From Pseudomonadota bacterium (GTDB lineage Bacteria > Pseudomonadota > Alphaproteobacteria > UBA11222), in the NCBI GenBank assembly GCA_036758605.1, contig DAIOWE010000001.1, positions 935 through 64,934 on the forward strand: a stretch of DNA of 64,000 nt, written 5' to 3'. Position 1 is the stretch's first letter. Each line of letters opens with the position of its first letter. Under the pieces are notes generated by a model. That model saw only the letters and a list, made by a program, of their open reading frames with translations. It did not search any database and was not told the DNA's origin. This document shows, one piece after another, positions 28,631 to 37,408 of the stretch. The translations under genes and the position numbers were made by a program.

Positions 28631-28646
28631 TGGCATCAAGCTTGCA
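28631..28646 (+). promoter_or_regulatory. Sigma54 promoter for flgK-flgL.
   Basis: TGGCATCAAGCTTGCA fits TGGCAC-N5-TTGCA with one mismatch; 28 nt upstream of the flgK ATG. Confidence 0.55.
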
Positions 28647-28673
28647 CACATATATGCGAGAAAGGATGTCAAA

Positions 28674-30803
28674 ATGTCTGGAATTGGAATTCTTGGTAAT
28701 GCGATTAGTGGCTTGCAAACAAGCCAGACGGCACTTCGCCATACATCTACCAATATCGCAAATGTAAATAATCCGGATTTTGCACGGCGTCAGGTCAATT
28801 TTCAGTCACGCGCATTGGGTGGCGTTGAAATTTCAGATGTAACCCGCATAGCCAATGATTTTTTAACCCGTGAATCTTACAGGGCAACATCAAACGCAGA
28901 AGCGGCGGGAATTATTTCGAAACTCCATGACCGGCTGCAATCAACGCTGGGGGATCCGTCAGCTAACAATTCTATCGCCTCAAAAATTAATGCGATGTTT
29001 GCCGATCTTTCCGAGATGCAGATCGATCCGACATCGAATGTCCGGCGTGGAGCCGGTGTGAATAGCGTACAGGCGTCCCTTGATGAACTGGGAAAACTTG
29101 CAACATCTGTGCAACAAATCAGGGGTGATGCGGATCAGGATATTTTCGGTCGCATCGGAATTGTCAATGACCTGTTAAAAAACATCTATGATTTAAATGT
29201 TCAAATTGTCGCTTCAAACTCATTAAGCAATGACGCAGGCGCCCTGATTGATCAGCGTCAGCAGTCGTTGACGGCGCTATCCAAAATTATAGATATTCGT
29301 ATTTCACCCCAGGCAGACGGACGAACATTTGTTGCGACATCGGATGGTATTTTTATGGTCAGCACCACGCTGACAAAAATGAAATATGAGTCTGGGGCTA
29401 CCGTTACGCCAGACACCATTTTTCCACGTATAACGCTTCATAATACCGACTTTGCCACGGGTGCGGTTAGTCCGGTTGGGCAACCGTTGGAGACGCATAT
29501 TTTATCAGGTGAGCTGCGCGGTCTGCTTGATATGCGGGATGTGACCCTGCCAAAAATTGCAGAAGAGGTTGGAGAGCTGGCCTCAAAACTCGCGGACCAA
29601 TTGAATGCAATTCATAATGATAGCTCGGCAGTGCCGGCGCCCAATCGATTGACGGGTATTAATACGGGACTTCTTGCAGCTGATGCGCATAATTTTTCCG
29701 GCATCAGTAATTTCAGTGTTACGGATGCTACAGGCCTGACTGTCGTCAGTGTCCAGGCTGATTTTACGAATAATCAATACCGGATTAATGGCGGTGCGCC
29801 TGTAGCGTTTGGCGGCGCAACGATTGGGGACGCTGTTGCGGCCATTAATACCGGGCTTGGCGCCAGTGGCAGCCTCACCTTTGTGAACGGCGTAATGACG
29901 CTTTCCGCCACAAACCCTGCCCATGGCGTGGCGATGGTGCAGGATAGCGCATTACCCAGCTCGCGGGCGGGACGTGGCTTTGCGCATTTCTTTGGTCTTA
30001 ATGACCTGGTGAGGGCCGATAAGCCAAGCCATTATCAAACAGGTATCTCGGCTGGCGCCGCTCATGGGTTCACGCTTGGCAGTACGGCGCAGTTCAAATT
30101 CATCGATGCACAGGGACAGATCCCACTGGATTTTACACTCACGGTGGCCGGCGCGACTGTGGGTGATGTGATTACGCAACTCAATACAGGCGTAGCTCCT
30201 TATGGAAGTTTTGCTTTGGATGCCAGTGGTCAACTCGCTTTCACACCTGCACCTGCGTACGAGGGGGGAGCGCTATATTCGGTGAATGATTTAACAAACC
30301 GTGGTGGCACGGGACTTGGTCTTTCACAGATTTTTGGAATTGGGCCTGGTGCACGGCAAAACCAGGCGATGGGTATGGAAGTACGTTCCGATATCTTCTC
30401 GAACAATAACCGGCTTGCACTGGCAAAACTAAATGTAACAGCGCCCGGGACCGCTGCGCTTGGTGTCGCGGATGATCGCGGGGCAATAGCATTTCACGCG
30501 CTGGAAGACAAAATAACAAAATTTGATGCGGCCGGGCATATCACAGGGCTGTCTGCAACCCTGAGCGATTATAGTGGTCAGATTCTGTCAACTGCTGCCA
30601 GACTGGCGGCGCAGGCCAAGGCGATCGGCGATGATCGTAGCGGCATCCGGGACGAAATAAACTCTCAGATCAGCGATATTTCTGGCGTCAATCTTGACGA
30701 AGAACTGGCTAATCTTGTGGTCTATCAGAACGCTTATAATGCGGCTGCCCGCATGATTAAAGCCGCCGAGGAATTGTTCAATGCGCTGCTGGATGCTGTG
30801 TAA
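28674..30803 (+). CDS. flgK: Hook-associated protein 1 FlgK.
   Basis: MSGIGILGNAISGLQTSQTALRHTSTNIANVNNPDFARRQV…; C-terminal …EELANLVVYQNAYNAAARMIKAAEELF…. Confidence 0.9.
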   Translation: MSGIGILGNAISGLQTSQTALRHTSTNIANVNNPDFARRQVNFQSRALGGVEISDVTRIANDFLTRESYRATSNAEAAGIISKLHDRLQSTLGDPSANNSIASKINAMFADLSEMQIDPTSNVRRGAGVNSVQASLDELGKLATSVQQIRGDADQDIFGRIGIVNDLLKNIYDLNVQIVASNSLSNDAGALIDQRQQSLTALSKIIDIRISPQADGRTFVATSDGIFMVSTTLTKMKYESGATVTPDTIFPRITLHNTDFATGAVSPVGQPLETHILSGELRGLLDMRDVTLPKIAEEVGELASKLADQLNAIHNDSSAVPAPNRLTGINTGLLAADAHNFSGISNFSVTDATGLTVVSVQADFTNNQYRINGGAPVAFGGATIGDAVAAINTGLGASGSLTFVNGVMTLSATNPAHGVAMVQDSALPSSRAGRGFAHFFGLNDLVRADKPSHYQTGISAGAAHGFTLGSTAQFKFIDAQGQIPLDFTLTVAGATVGDVITQLNTGVAPYGSFALDASGQLAFTPAPAYEGGALYSVNDLTNRGGTGLGLSQIFGIGPGARQNQAMGMEVRSDIFSNNNRLALAKLNVTAPGTAALGVADDRGAIAFHALEDKITKFDAAGHITGLSATLSDYSGQILSTAARLAAQAKAIGDDRSGIRDEINSQISDISGVNLDEELANLVVYQNAYNAAARMIKAAEELFNALLDAV

Positions 30804-30822
30804 TAGCTGAGGGAATAGTGAT

Positions 30823-31743
30823 ATGACGCGAATTTCAACGCTTTCACAACAGCAGTCCATAGTCAGCCAGATGCTACGCGCACAAAACCTGGTGGCGGAT
30901 GATCAGCGTCAGGTGGCGACCGGGTTCAAAGCTGATCGTTATGACGGGATAGCGCGCGATGCAGCAACTCTTGTTAGCGCCCGGACGGTTGAAAGCCGGA
31001 CTTTACAATTTATTGAACTGGGGCAACAGATCGGCGCGCAGGTCAATTTTCAGGATACCGGATTGACGGCAATGTATGATTCCGCAAAAACATTACGCGA
31101 CAGTATATTGGGGTCATTGGCGACGAATAGTGGCCGTACCGTCTCCATCGATCTGGATAGCGCATTTGTGTCGGGTAAAGCTGTGCTGAATACCCGGTTT
31201 GCAGGCAGGTTTCTTTTTGCCGGATCACGAACAGACGTGCAGCCATTCAATGCCGTGGATCTGGCTGATCTGGCGACGGTTGCATCGCCTATTGCAAGTT
31301 TTTTTGATAACAGCCAGCAAAAGGCTCAGGTGCGCGTTGAACAAAATCTGACCATCGAACACAGTATTCTGGCGGACGAGATGGGTATTAACATGATGGC
31401 CTCTGTCAAGCGGTTGGCGGAATATAATGCAGCGACACCATTTAATCAGGTTTTGACGCCGGCCGACCGCGCGATTCTCCAGGCTGAAGTGACCAATCTG
31501 GATAATGTGCTTTCCGAAATTATCAAATTGCAGACAAACAACGGGTATATCTCAAAACGTATCGAAGCCGTAACGATCCGTAATGAAGCACTGGATAATG
31601 TGAACAAGCAGCTTATTTCCGATTTGTCGGAAGTGGATATGGCGGAGGCCATCTCCAGGTTTAATCAGGATAAGCTGGCGGTGGAGGCCTCCTATAACTT
31701 GCTCCGTCAAATATCCCAGCTCAGTCTGCTGAACTTCCTCTAA
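30823..31743 (+). CDS. flgL: Hook-associated protein 3 FlgL.
   Basis: 306 aa; flagellin-like N- and C-terminal heptads (MTRISTLSQQQSIVSQMLRAQ…, …LLRQISQLSLLNFL). Confidence 0.8.
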   Translation: MTRISTLSQQQSIVSQMLRAQNLVADDQRQVATGFKADRYDGIARDAATLVSARTVESRTLQFIELGQQIGAQVNFQDTGLTAMYDSAKTLRDSILGSLATNSGRTVSIDLDSAFVSGKAVLNTRFAGRFLFAGSRTDVQPFNAVDLADLATVASPIASFFDNSQQKAQVRVEQNLTIEHSILADEMGINMMASVKRLAEYNAATPFNQVLTPADRAILQAEVTNLDNVLSEIIKLQTNNGYISKRIEAVTIRNEALDNVNKQLISDLSEVDMAEAISRFNQDKLAVEASYNLLRQISQLSLLNFL

Positions 31744-31748
31744 AGCAC

Positions 31749-31767
31749 GGCGCTTGCCGTAAGCGCC
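31749..31767 (+). terminator. Possible terminator hairpin after flgL.
   Basis: GGCGCTT-GCCGT-AAGCGCC; weak U-tract. Confidence 0.3.
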
Positions 31768-31788
31768 GGGTGCCTGTATTTAGGCGCG

Positions 31789-32934
31789 ATGTCACATACA
31801 CTGCAATTAACCAATTTGGGCCTGCCGGGCGTACCCGGTGCAACGCGGGTCGTCGTCGCCATGTCGGGGGGCGTCGATTCATCTGTTGCCGCCGCGCTGC
31901 TGCATGAACAGGGCTATGATACGGTTGGCGTCACCCTGCAATTATATGACCATGGCGCTGCGGTTTCGCGCAAGGGCGCCTGCTGTGCAGGACAGGATAT
32001 TTATGACGCTCGCTTTGTAGCTGAAAAAATCGGTATTCCACATTATGTGCTGGATTATGAAAGCCGGTTTCGTCAAACAGTGATGGATGATTTTGCAGAT
32101 AGTTATCTTGCCGGTGAAACACCGGTTCCCTGTGTGACCTGTAACCAGACGGTAAAATTCACCGATTTGCTTCAGGTGGCGCGCGAGCTTGGCGCACAGG
32201 CTCTTGTTACCGGTCATTATGTGCGCCGGATAATGGGCAAGCAGGGGCCAGAACTGCACCGCGCCGTGGATCCTGATCGCGACCAGAGCTATTTTCTGTT
32301 TGCAACCACTGGCGCGCAACTGGACTATTTACGCTTCCCGCTGGGTGATCTGTACAAGGATGAAACCCGCGCCATCGCGGGGCGCCTTGGTTTGGCGGTT
32401 GCGGACAAGCCGGACAGTCAGGATATCTGTTTCGTGCCGCAAGGCGGCTATGCAAGCGTAATCGAAAAACTGCGCCCCGATGCGGTGGGTCCCGGCGACA
32501 TCGTGCATCTCGATGGCCGCGTCCTGGCGCGTCATCAGGGTATCATTCATTATACGGTTGGTCAGCGCCGCGGCCTTGGGGTTGGCGGGGGCGAACCCCT
32601 GTTCGTTGTGCGCCTGGATGCGGGTCGGCGCCAGGTGATTGTCGGGCCGCGCGAAGCATTGCTTCGCCGTCATGTGCGGGTGCGTCAGCTTAACTGGCTT
32701 GGGGATAGTCCGCCTTCTATTGAAGGGCAGGAAGTTGCGGTCAAGGTACGCTCTACACGGCCAGCGGTTCCCGGGGCACTGTTCCCGGACGGTGCAGGTG
32801 GCGCCAACATTACCCTGCACCAACCGGAAGAGGCGGTGGCCCCCGGCCAGGCCTGCGTGATTTATGAGGCGGGCGAAAGCAGCCGTGTGCTTGGTGGCGG
32901 CTGGATCATGCGCGATGTGCAGGCTGCCTCGTAA
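31789..32934 (+). CDS. mnmA: tRNA-specific 2-thiouridylase MnmA.
   Basis: PP-loop [15 protein letters not shown]; …[27 protein letters not shown]…[10 protein letters not shown]…. Confidence 0.9.
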   Translation: MSHTLQLTNLGLPGVPGATRVVVAMSGGVDSSVAAALLHEQGYDTVGVTLQLYDHGAAVSRKGACCAGQDIYDARFVAEKIGIPHYVLDYESRFRQTVMDDFADSYLAGETPVPCVTCNQTVKFTDLLQVARELGAQALVTGHYVRRIMGKQGPELHRAVDPDRDQSYFLFATTGAQLDYLRFPLGDLYKDETRAIAGRLGLAVADKPDSQDICFVPQGGYASVIEKLRPDAVGPGDIVHLDGRVLARHQGIIHYTVGQRRGLGVGGGEPLFVVRLDAGRRQVIVGPREALLRRHVRVRQLNWLGDSPPSIEGQEVAVKVRSTRPAVPGALFPDGAGGANITLHQPEEAVAPGQACVIYEAGESSRVLGGGWIMRDVQAAS

Positions 32935-33051
32935 AATCCGCTAAAATGGCCATTGCGTCAGATCTAACATGCTGATCCTTGTTTATGCTATGAAAGTTAG
33001 GGGGCAGGATCGGTCGGCAGACGACCCGGCCAGTTGGTTCAGCATTTTTAA

Positions 33052-34143
33052 ATGGTCATTTGGCGCGTGTCTGAAACGGGACAAAATCCGGATTTGAAGC
33101 AAGGCCGCATCACAGCGTTTCTGCGCTGGTGGGGTGCTGAATTGCGAACGCTCGTCCCGCCCCGGCTGGCTGTACTGTCCGGGCTTGCCCGCGAAGTGAT
33201 AGTGCTGGTTCCAGAGGGAAATGATTTTACCGTGCGGCGATGTGTTGGGGGCGCCGCGCAAATGCTAGGACTTTTATCACAGGCCGGAAAGGGTGACCAG
33301 GTGGCGCGCTATCGCGCAACAGGCGCCGAATGTGTTCTGCGCATTCCATCGGCGCAGGGGTTACGGCGGCAGGCGCCCATAGCGGTTTCTGCATTGCCAC
33401 GGGGCTATGATGCCGTTGCAGGTGAAATTGAACGGCAAACCCCATTTGCGCCAGATCAGGTCTATCTGGGCTATCACGTAGAAGATACGATTGATCCTCG
33501 TGGCAGGGTGATGGCGCATCTGGCGCTGGTTCCATGCGCCAGCACGGATATGGTGCTGCAAACATTGTCCAGATCAGGGATTGTTCCGGATCGGATTACA
33601 CTGGCCGATGATGCGAACGAAAATTCAGCTGGCGATACCGTTCACATTCTTAGGCCACTGCGCAAAGAACCAGCGCCTAAAATTTTGCTGGCGGTTGTAT
33701 CCATCTTGTTGCTGGTTTCACTGGTATCGCCTTTCTGGCGAAATTCAGTGGCGTTATCAGATGTTGAAAAGGCACTTGCTCAAGCGCGGCAGGCCGCATT
33801 GCCGGACAATCCAGGGAATGGGGCAGGGGATGCGCAATCACAGATGACCTATCTGGTGGAATTGCGTGGCCAGAGACCGCCTGTTACAGCATTGTTGAAT
33901 GCAATCAGCACCGCACTTCCCGATACGGCGCATCTGGCGCAGTTTGAACTTTCCGGCCGCACCCTTGCATTACAGGGCGTAGCCCATGCGGCGCCAGACT
34001 TGATTGCGCCACTGGAGGCGCTCGATCAGGTGGCAAAGGTGGAATTCACTGCGCCCACTTTGCGTGACCCGGTGCAGGGGCTGGAGCAATTTCAGTTGAC
34101 CATTCAGTTGCGCGCAGCATCAGTGGCGGAGCAGACAGAATGA
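33052..34143 (+). CDS. GspL-like inner-membrane platform protein (cytoplasmic domain, one TM, periplasmic domain).
   Basis: 363 aa; single TM (ILLAVVSILLLVSLVSPFW) about two thirds of the way in; GspL/PilM-N-like architecture. ATGA-coupled to the next gene. Confidence 0.45.
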   Translation: MVIWRVSETGQNPDLKQGRITAFLRWWGAELRTLVPPRLAVLSGLAREVIVLVPEGNDFTVRRCVGGAAQMLGLLSQAGKGDQVARYRATGAECVLRIPSAQGLRRQAPIAVSALPRGYDAVAGEIERQTPFAPDQVYLGYHVEDTIDPRGRVMAHLALVPCASTDMVLQTLSRSGIVPDRITLADDANENSAGDTVHILRPLRKEPAPKILLAVVSILLLVSLVSPFWRNSVALSDVEKALAQARQAALPDNPGNGAGDAQSQMTYLVELRGQRPPVTALLNAISTALPDTAHLAQFELSGRTLALQGVAHAAPDLIAPLEALDQVAKVEFTAPTLRDPVQGLEQFQLTIQLRAASVAEQTE

Positions 34144-34694
34144 GCGCGCTTGAAAATATGCGCGGGCGCGCAGTGGCGTTATTGTTATTATTGGGCGCAA
34201 TCATGCTGGTATGGTTTGGCGCGGCGCATCCTTATCTGGAAGCGCTTTCCAATACCAGGCACAGGCTGGAGGCGGCCTCGGCGCAATTGCAAATTTATCA
34301 GCGCGCCGTTGCGCGCGGAAAAGTGGCCCATGCCGGAAAAAATGATGCGCTGGATGCATTGTTGCTGCCAGGGGAAAGCGCCGCCGCCGCCGCTGCTTAT
34401 TTGCAGCAACGCATGGGCGAGATAGCGGCGGACAGCGGGGCATTGTTATTAAGCTTCGAATTATTGCCGGTGACAAATACTGATGACGCACCATTGAAAG
34501 CCGCCATGGGCCGTATCCGGGTTACGGCGAATACACAGTCCCTGCGCGCACTTTTGCATGCAGTGGAAAGTCACCGGCCGCTGCTATTGCTGGATAATCT
34601 CTTTGTACGGGCGCGCAGCGATCAGGATAGTGTGCCGGGCGGTCATCTGGACGTGCAGATGGATGTTTCGGGCTTTCGTCGGGCAGCAGAATGA
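34140..34694 (+). CDS. GspM/PilO-like bitopic membrane protein.
   Basis: 184 aa; N-terminal TM (AVALLLLLGAIMLVWFGAA) then a periplasmic domain; by position and size corresponds to GspM. ATGA-coupled. Confidence 0.4.
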   Translation: MSALENMRGRAVALLLLLGAIMLVWFGAAHPYLEALSNTRHRLEAASAQLQIYQRAVARGKVAHAGKNDALDALLLPGESAAAAAAYLQQRMGEIAADSGALLLSFELLPVTNTDDAPLKAAMGRIRVTANTQSLRALLHAVESHRPLLLLDNLFVRARSDQDSVPGGHLDVQMDVSGFRRAAE

Positions 34695-35164
34695 TCATGC
34701 GCAAGATTTTGCTGACGGCGGGCGCCGTGTTGACCGGGATCGCAATTATACCCTGGTTGCGCGATCCCATGGTCACAGACAGCGGGCCGGGGATAGCCAT
34801 AAATGCGCCGCAGGCCCCGTCAGATTTCAATGATCCGGGGCCGCTTGAGAAATATGACGAAATCGTCCAGCGTCCGGTTTTTGTGGCCACCCGGCGTCCG
34901 GTTGCGGCCCCGGCCTTGAATCCTGGCCATACAGGCGAGGTCATGCTGCTGGGCATTTATCCGGTGGTAGGGGTGGTGATTGCGGGGCAACAGCGCCTGG
35001 TCTTGATCCGCAAGGCCGCGGGTGACACAGTGAGCCGGATAGCGCAGGGGGCAGAACTGGACGGCTGGACTTTAACAGAAGTGTCGCGCGCGCGGCTGGT
35101 CCTGGAAAAGGCCGGAAACCGCAAGGAAGTATCCCTGCAGAATAATGGCGGTAGTGCAGATTGA
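34691..35164 (+). CDS. GspC/PilP-like secretin-interacting protein.
   Basis: 157 aa; N-terminal TM then a beta-rich segment …EVMLLGIYPVVGVVIAGQQRLVLIRKAAGDTVSRIAQGAELDGWTLTEVSRARLVLEK… resembling the HR/PilP domain. Confidence 0.4.
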   Translation: MIMRKILLTAGAVLTGIAIIPWLRDPMVTDSGPGIAINAPQAPSDFNDPGPLEKYDEIVQRPVFVATRRPVAAPALNPGHTGEVMLLGIYPVVGVVIAGQQRLVLIRKAAGDTVSRIAQGAELDGWTLTEVSRARLVLEKAGNRKEVSLQNNGGSAD

Positions 35165-37401
35165 ACAGGCTCATGAGTATTTTTAAGCGGCGGCATCTAT
35201 CAGGGCCTGATGATTTTAGGTTGATCCCTTGCCCTTCCCGTATCGCTGTCATTACCCGGCTTGTCCGCGCAATGACAATGCAGGGGGATTCAATCCAATA
35301 TCATCCCACTCTAAATGCAGCATTTCTATTTTTAGCGATGTTTGTTGCGCTGGCCGGTTGTGCGGATCAGCGCCAGCGTTTGGCTGTACCCGTGCCCCAG
35401 CCCCCGGTTGCGAAAGCTCCCCAGAATCCATCCCCTGTATCGGCCGCTGCGACACCCTTGAACGCTCCGGCAAAGCCCATTGAGGAATATTATCCCGCAC
35501 CCGGCGGTTCAGCGCCCGATGCTACGCCGCGCACGGCCACGGCTGCGGGGGATATCAGCCTGAATTTTCAGAACGCCAGCATTGCGGAAATTGCGGGCGT
35601 CATCCTGGGCGACCTGCTGAGGGTTCCATTCACCATTGATGCAGGCGTACAGGGGAGTGCGTCGCTGAATACCGGCATGCCGGTTAACCGCGACGCGCTG
35701 ATTCCGGTGCTGGAAGCGATCCTGTCCAGCATGAATGCCGTGTTGATCAATCAGGGCGAGGTATATCGTATCAAATCCGCCATCGGCATGGATTTACCGG
35801 GCGCGCCGGTGGGCGCTGGATTGCCGTCTGGTACGGGTGCGGGTTTCGAAGTGTTTGCACTGTCTTATATTGGCGCCGCTGAGATGGCGAAGCTAATCGC
35901 GCCGCTAGTGCCCGAAGGCCGCCCGGTAAATGTCGATGCACAGCGCAATCTGCTGATCGTCGGCGGCACTGGGCCGGAACGTCAGTCGGTGCGTGAAACC
36001 ATTGCTCTGTTTGATGTGAACGCCATGGCCGATCAGTCGGTGTTGCTGATCAGCCTTGAGCATGTCGATGTCCGAACCATTTTGTTTGAGTTGGAGAATA
36101 TTTTCGGCGATACCGGAAAGGGACCGCTTGCGGGCCTTGTGCGCTTTGTACCGGTCGAGCGATTGAACGCGCTGATGGTGCTGTCTTCACAGCAGAACTA
36201 TTTAAGTCAGGCGCGCGACTGGATCCGGCGGCTGGACCGTACGCGCCGCGCCGATGAACAGACGGTGTTTGTGTATTTCATGCAGCATGGCTCCGCTCCC
36301 GATATGGTGAAAACCCTACAGGAAATTTTTACCAGCGCATCGGGCGCGCGCGAAACGGCGCCGGATGCAACCCAAACCGGTACAGATGTGGAGATTGCAT
36401 TGCCAATCCCATCGGGAAATTCTGCGGGCATTGCCCCGCCCCCCCTGCGCATCACGGCGGACCGGTCCAAAAACGCACTGCTGATTCAGGGCAATGAACG
36501 CCAGTATCAGCAGGTCAAGGACGTACTGGGAAAACTGGACATCGCCCCGCTGCAAGTGATGATTGAGGCGCAAATCGTAGAGGTCAGCCTGGGCGACACC
36601 CTACGCTATGGGGTGCAATATTTCCTGGATACGGGCGGACTGAAAATTGATGAAGACAGCATCACCCAACTGACATCGGGCGCGTCGGCCACAGGCATTG
36701 CGCCAAACCTGTCATCGCCACCGGGCGGCGGCTTTGCGTTTTCGCTATCGGGCAGGGCAGGGCAGAACCGGGTCGTGCTGGATGCGCTGTCGGATTTAAC
36801 CAGCGTCAACATGATTTCCGCGCCGACACTTTTCGTGCTGGACAATCAGGTCGCGCGGTTGCGTGTCGGCGATGAAGTTCCGATCATCACACAAACTGCC
36901 GACGGGCTGACAAATGATTCCCGTACGCTGAATACGGTGCAATATCGCAGTACCGGCGTATTGCTGGAAGTAACCCCGCAGGTAAATTCCGGCGGCATGG
37001 TAACCCTGCAAATCGTGCAGGAAGTCAGCGCGGCGGTAAACACCCAAAGCTCGGGCAGCTCTACCATCAATTCTCCCACCATTCAGCAGCGCAGCTTCCT
37101 TAGCACTGTGGGCGTGCGCGATGGCGAAACCATTCTGCTGGGCGGCCTGATCCGTGAACAGGCCTCAAAAGGCCGCAGTGGCATCCCCATCCTGCATCAG
37201 GTGCCGGTGCTGGGCAATCTGTTCGGGCGCACCAATAATTCGGCGCAACGCACCGAGCTGCTGGTGATGATTACCCCGCGCGTTGTGCGTGACACACAGC
37301 AAAACCGTGATGTCACCATGACCATCCGCGAAAAATATCAGGGGATATTGTTGCTCCAGGAAAAAGGCGCGGAACGTCCTCGAAGAGTGTATGGGGAATA
37401 A
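35161..37401 (+). CDS. Secretin (GspD/PilQ family), probably a lipoprotein. Start uncertain: TTG 35161 coupled to the upstream stop, or ATG 35173 / 35272.
   Basis: Lipobox …FLAMFVALAGC… near the N-terminus; N0/N1-like domains (…ISLNFQNASIAEIAGVILGDLLRVPFTID…); C-terminal secretin domain (…VLLEVTPQVNSGGMVTLQIVQEVS…ILLGGLIREQ…IPILHQVPVLGNLF…LLVMITPRVV). Confidence 0.85.
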   Translation: MNRLMSIFKRRHLSGPDDFRLIPCPSRIAVITRLVRAMTMQGDSIQYHPTLNAAFLFLAMFVALAGCADQRQRLAVPVPQPPVAKAPQNPSPVSAAATPLNAPAKPIEEYYPAPGGSAPDATPRTATAAGDISLNFQNASIAEIAGVILGDLLRVPFTIDAGVQGSASLNTGMPVNRDALIPVLEAILSSMNAVLINQGEVYRIKSAIGMDLPGAPVGAGLPSGTGAGFEVFALSYIGAAEMAKLIAPLVPEGRPVNVDAQRNLLIVGGTGPERQSVRETIALFDVNAMADQSVLLISLEHVDVRTILFELENIFGDTGKGPLAGLVRFVPVERLNALMVLSSQQNYLSQARDWIRRLDRTRRADEQTVFVYFMQHGSAPDMVKTLQEIFTSASGARETAPDATQTGTDVEIALPIPSGNSAGIAPPPLRITADRSKNALLIQGNERQYQQVKDVLGKLDIAPLQVMIEAQIVEVSLGDTLRYGVQYFLDTGGLKIDEDSITQLTSGASATGIAPNLSSPPGGGFAFSLSGRAGQNRVVLDALSDLTSVNMISAPTLFVLDNQVARLRVGDEVPIITQTADGLTNDSRTLNTVQYRSTGVLLEVTPQVNSGGMVTLQIVQEVSAAVNTQSSGSSTINSPTIQQRSFLSTVGVRDGETILLGGLIREQASKGRSGIPILHQVPVLGNLFGRTNNSAQRTELLVMITPRVVRDTQQNRDVTMTIREKYQGILLLQEKGAERPRRVYGE

Positions 37402-37408
37402 AGGCGGC

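Noticed and set aside
35161-35271. Secretin N-terminal 37 residues upstream of the lipobox-containing segment.
   Set aside because: Not rejected outright. However, a start at ATG 35272 (MTMQ…LAGC) would give a conventional lipoprotein signal. The start is left uncertain rather than asserted.
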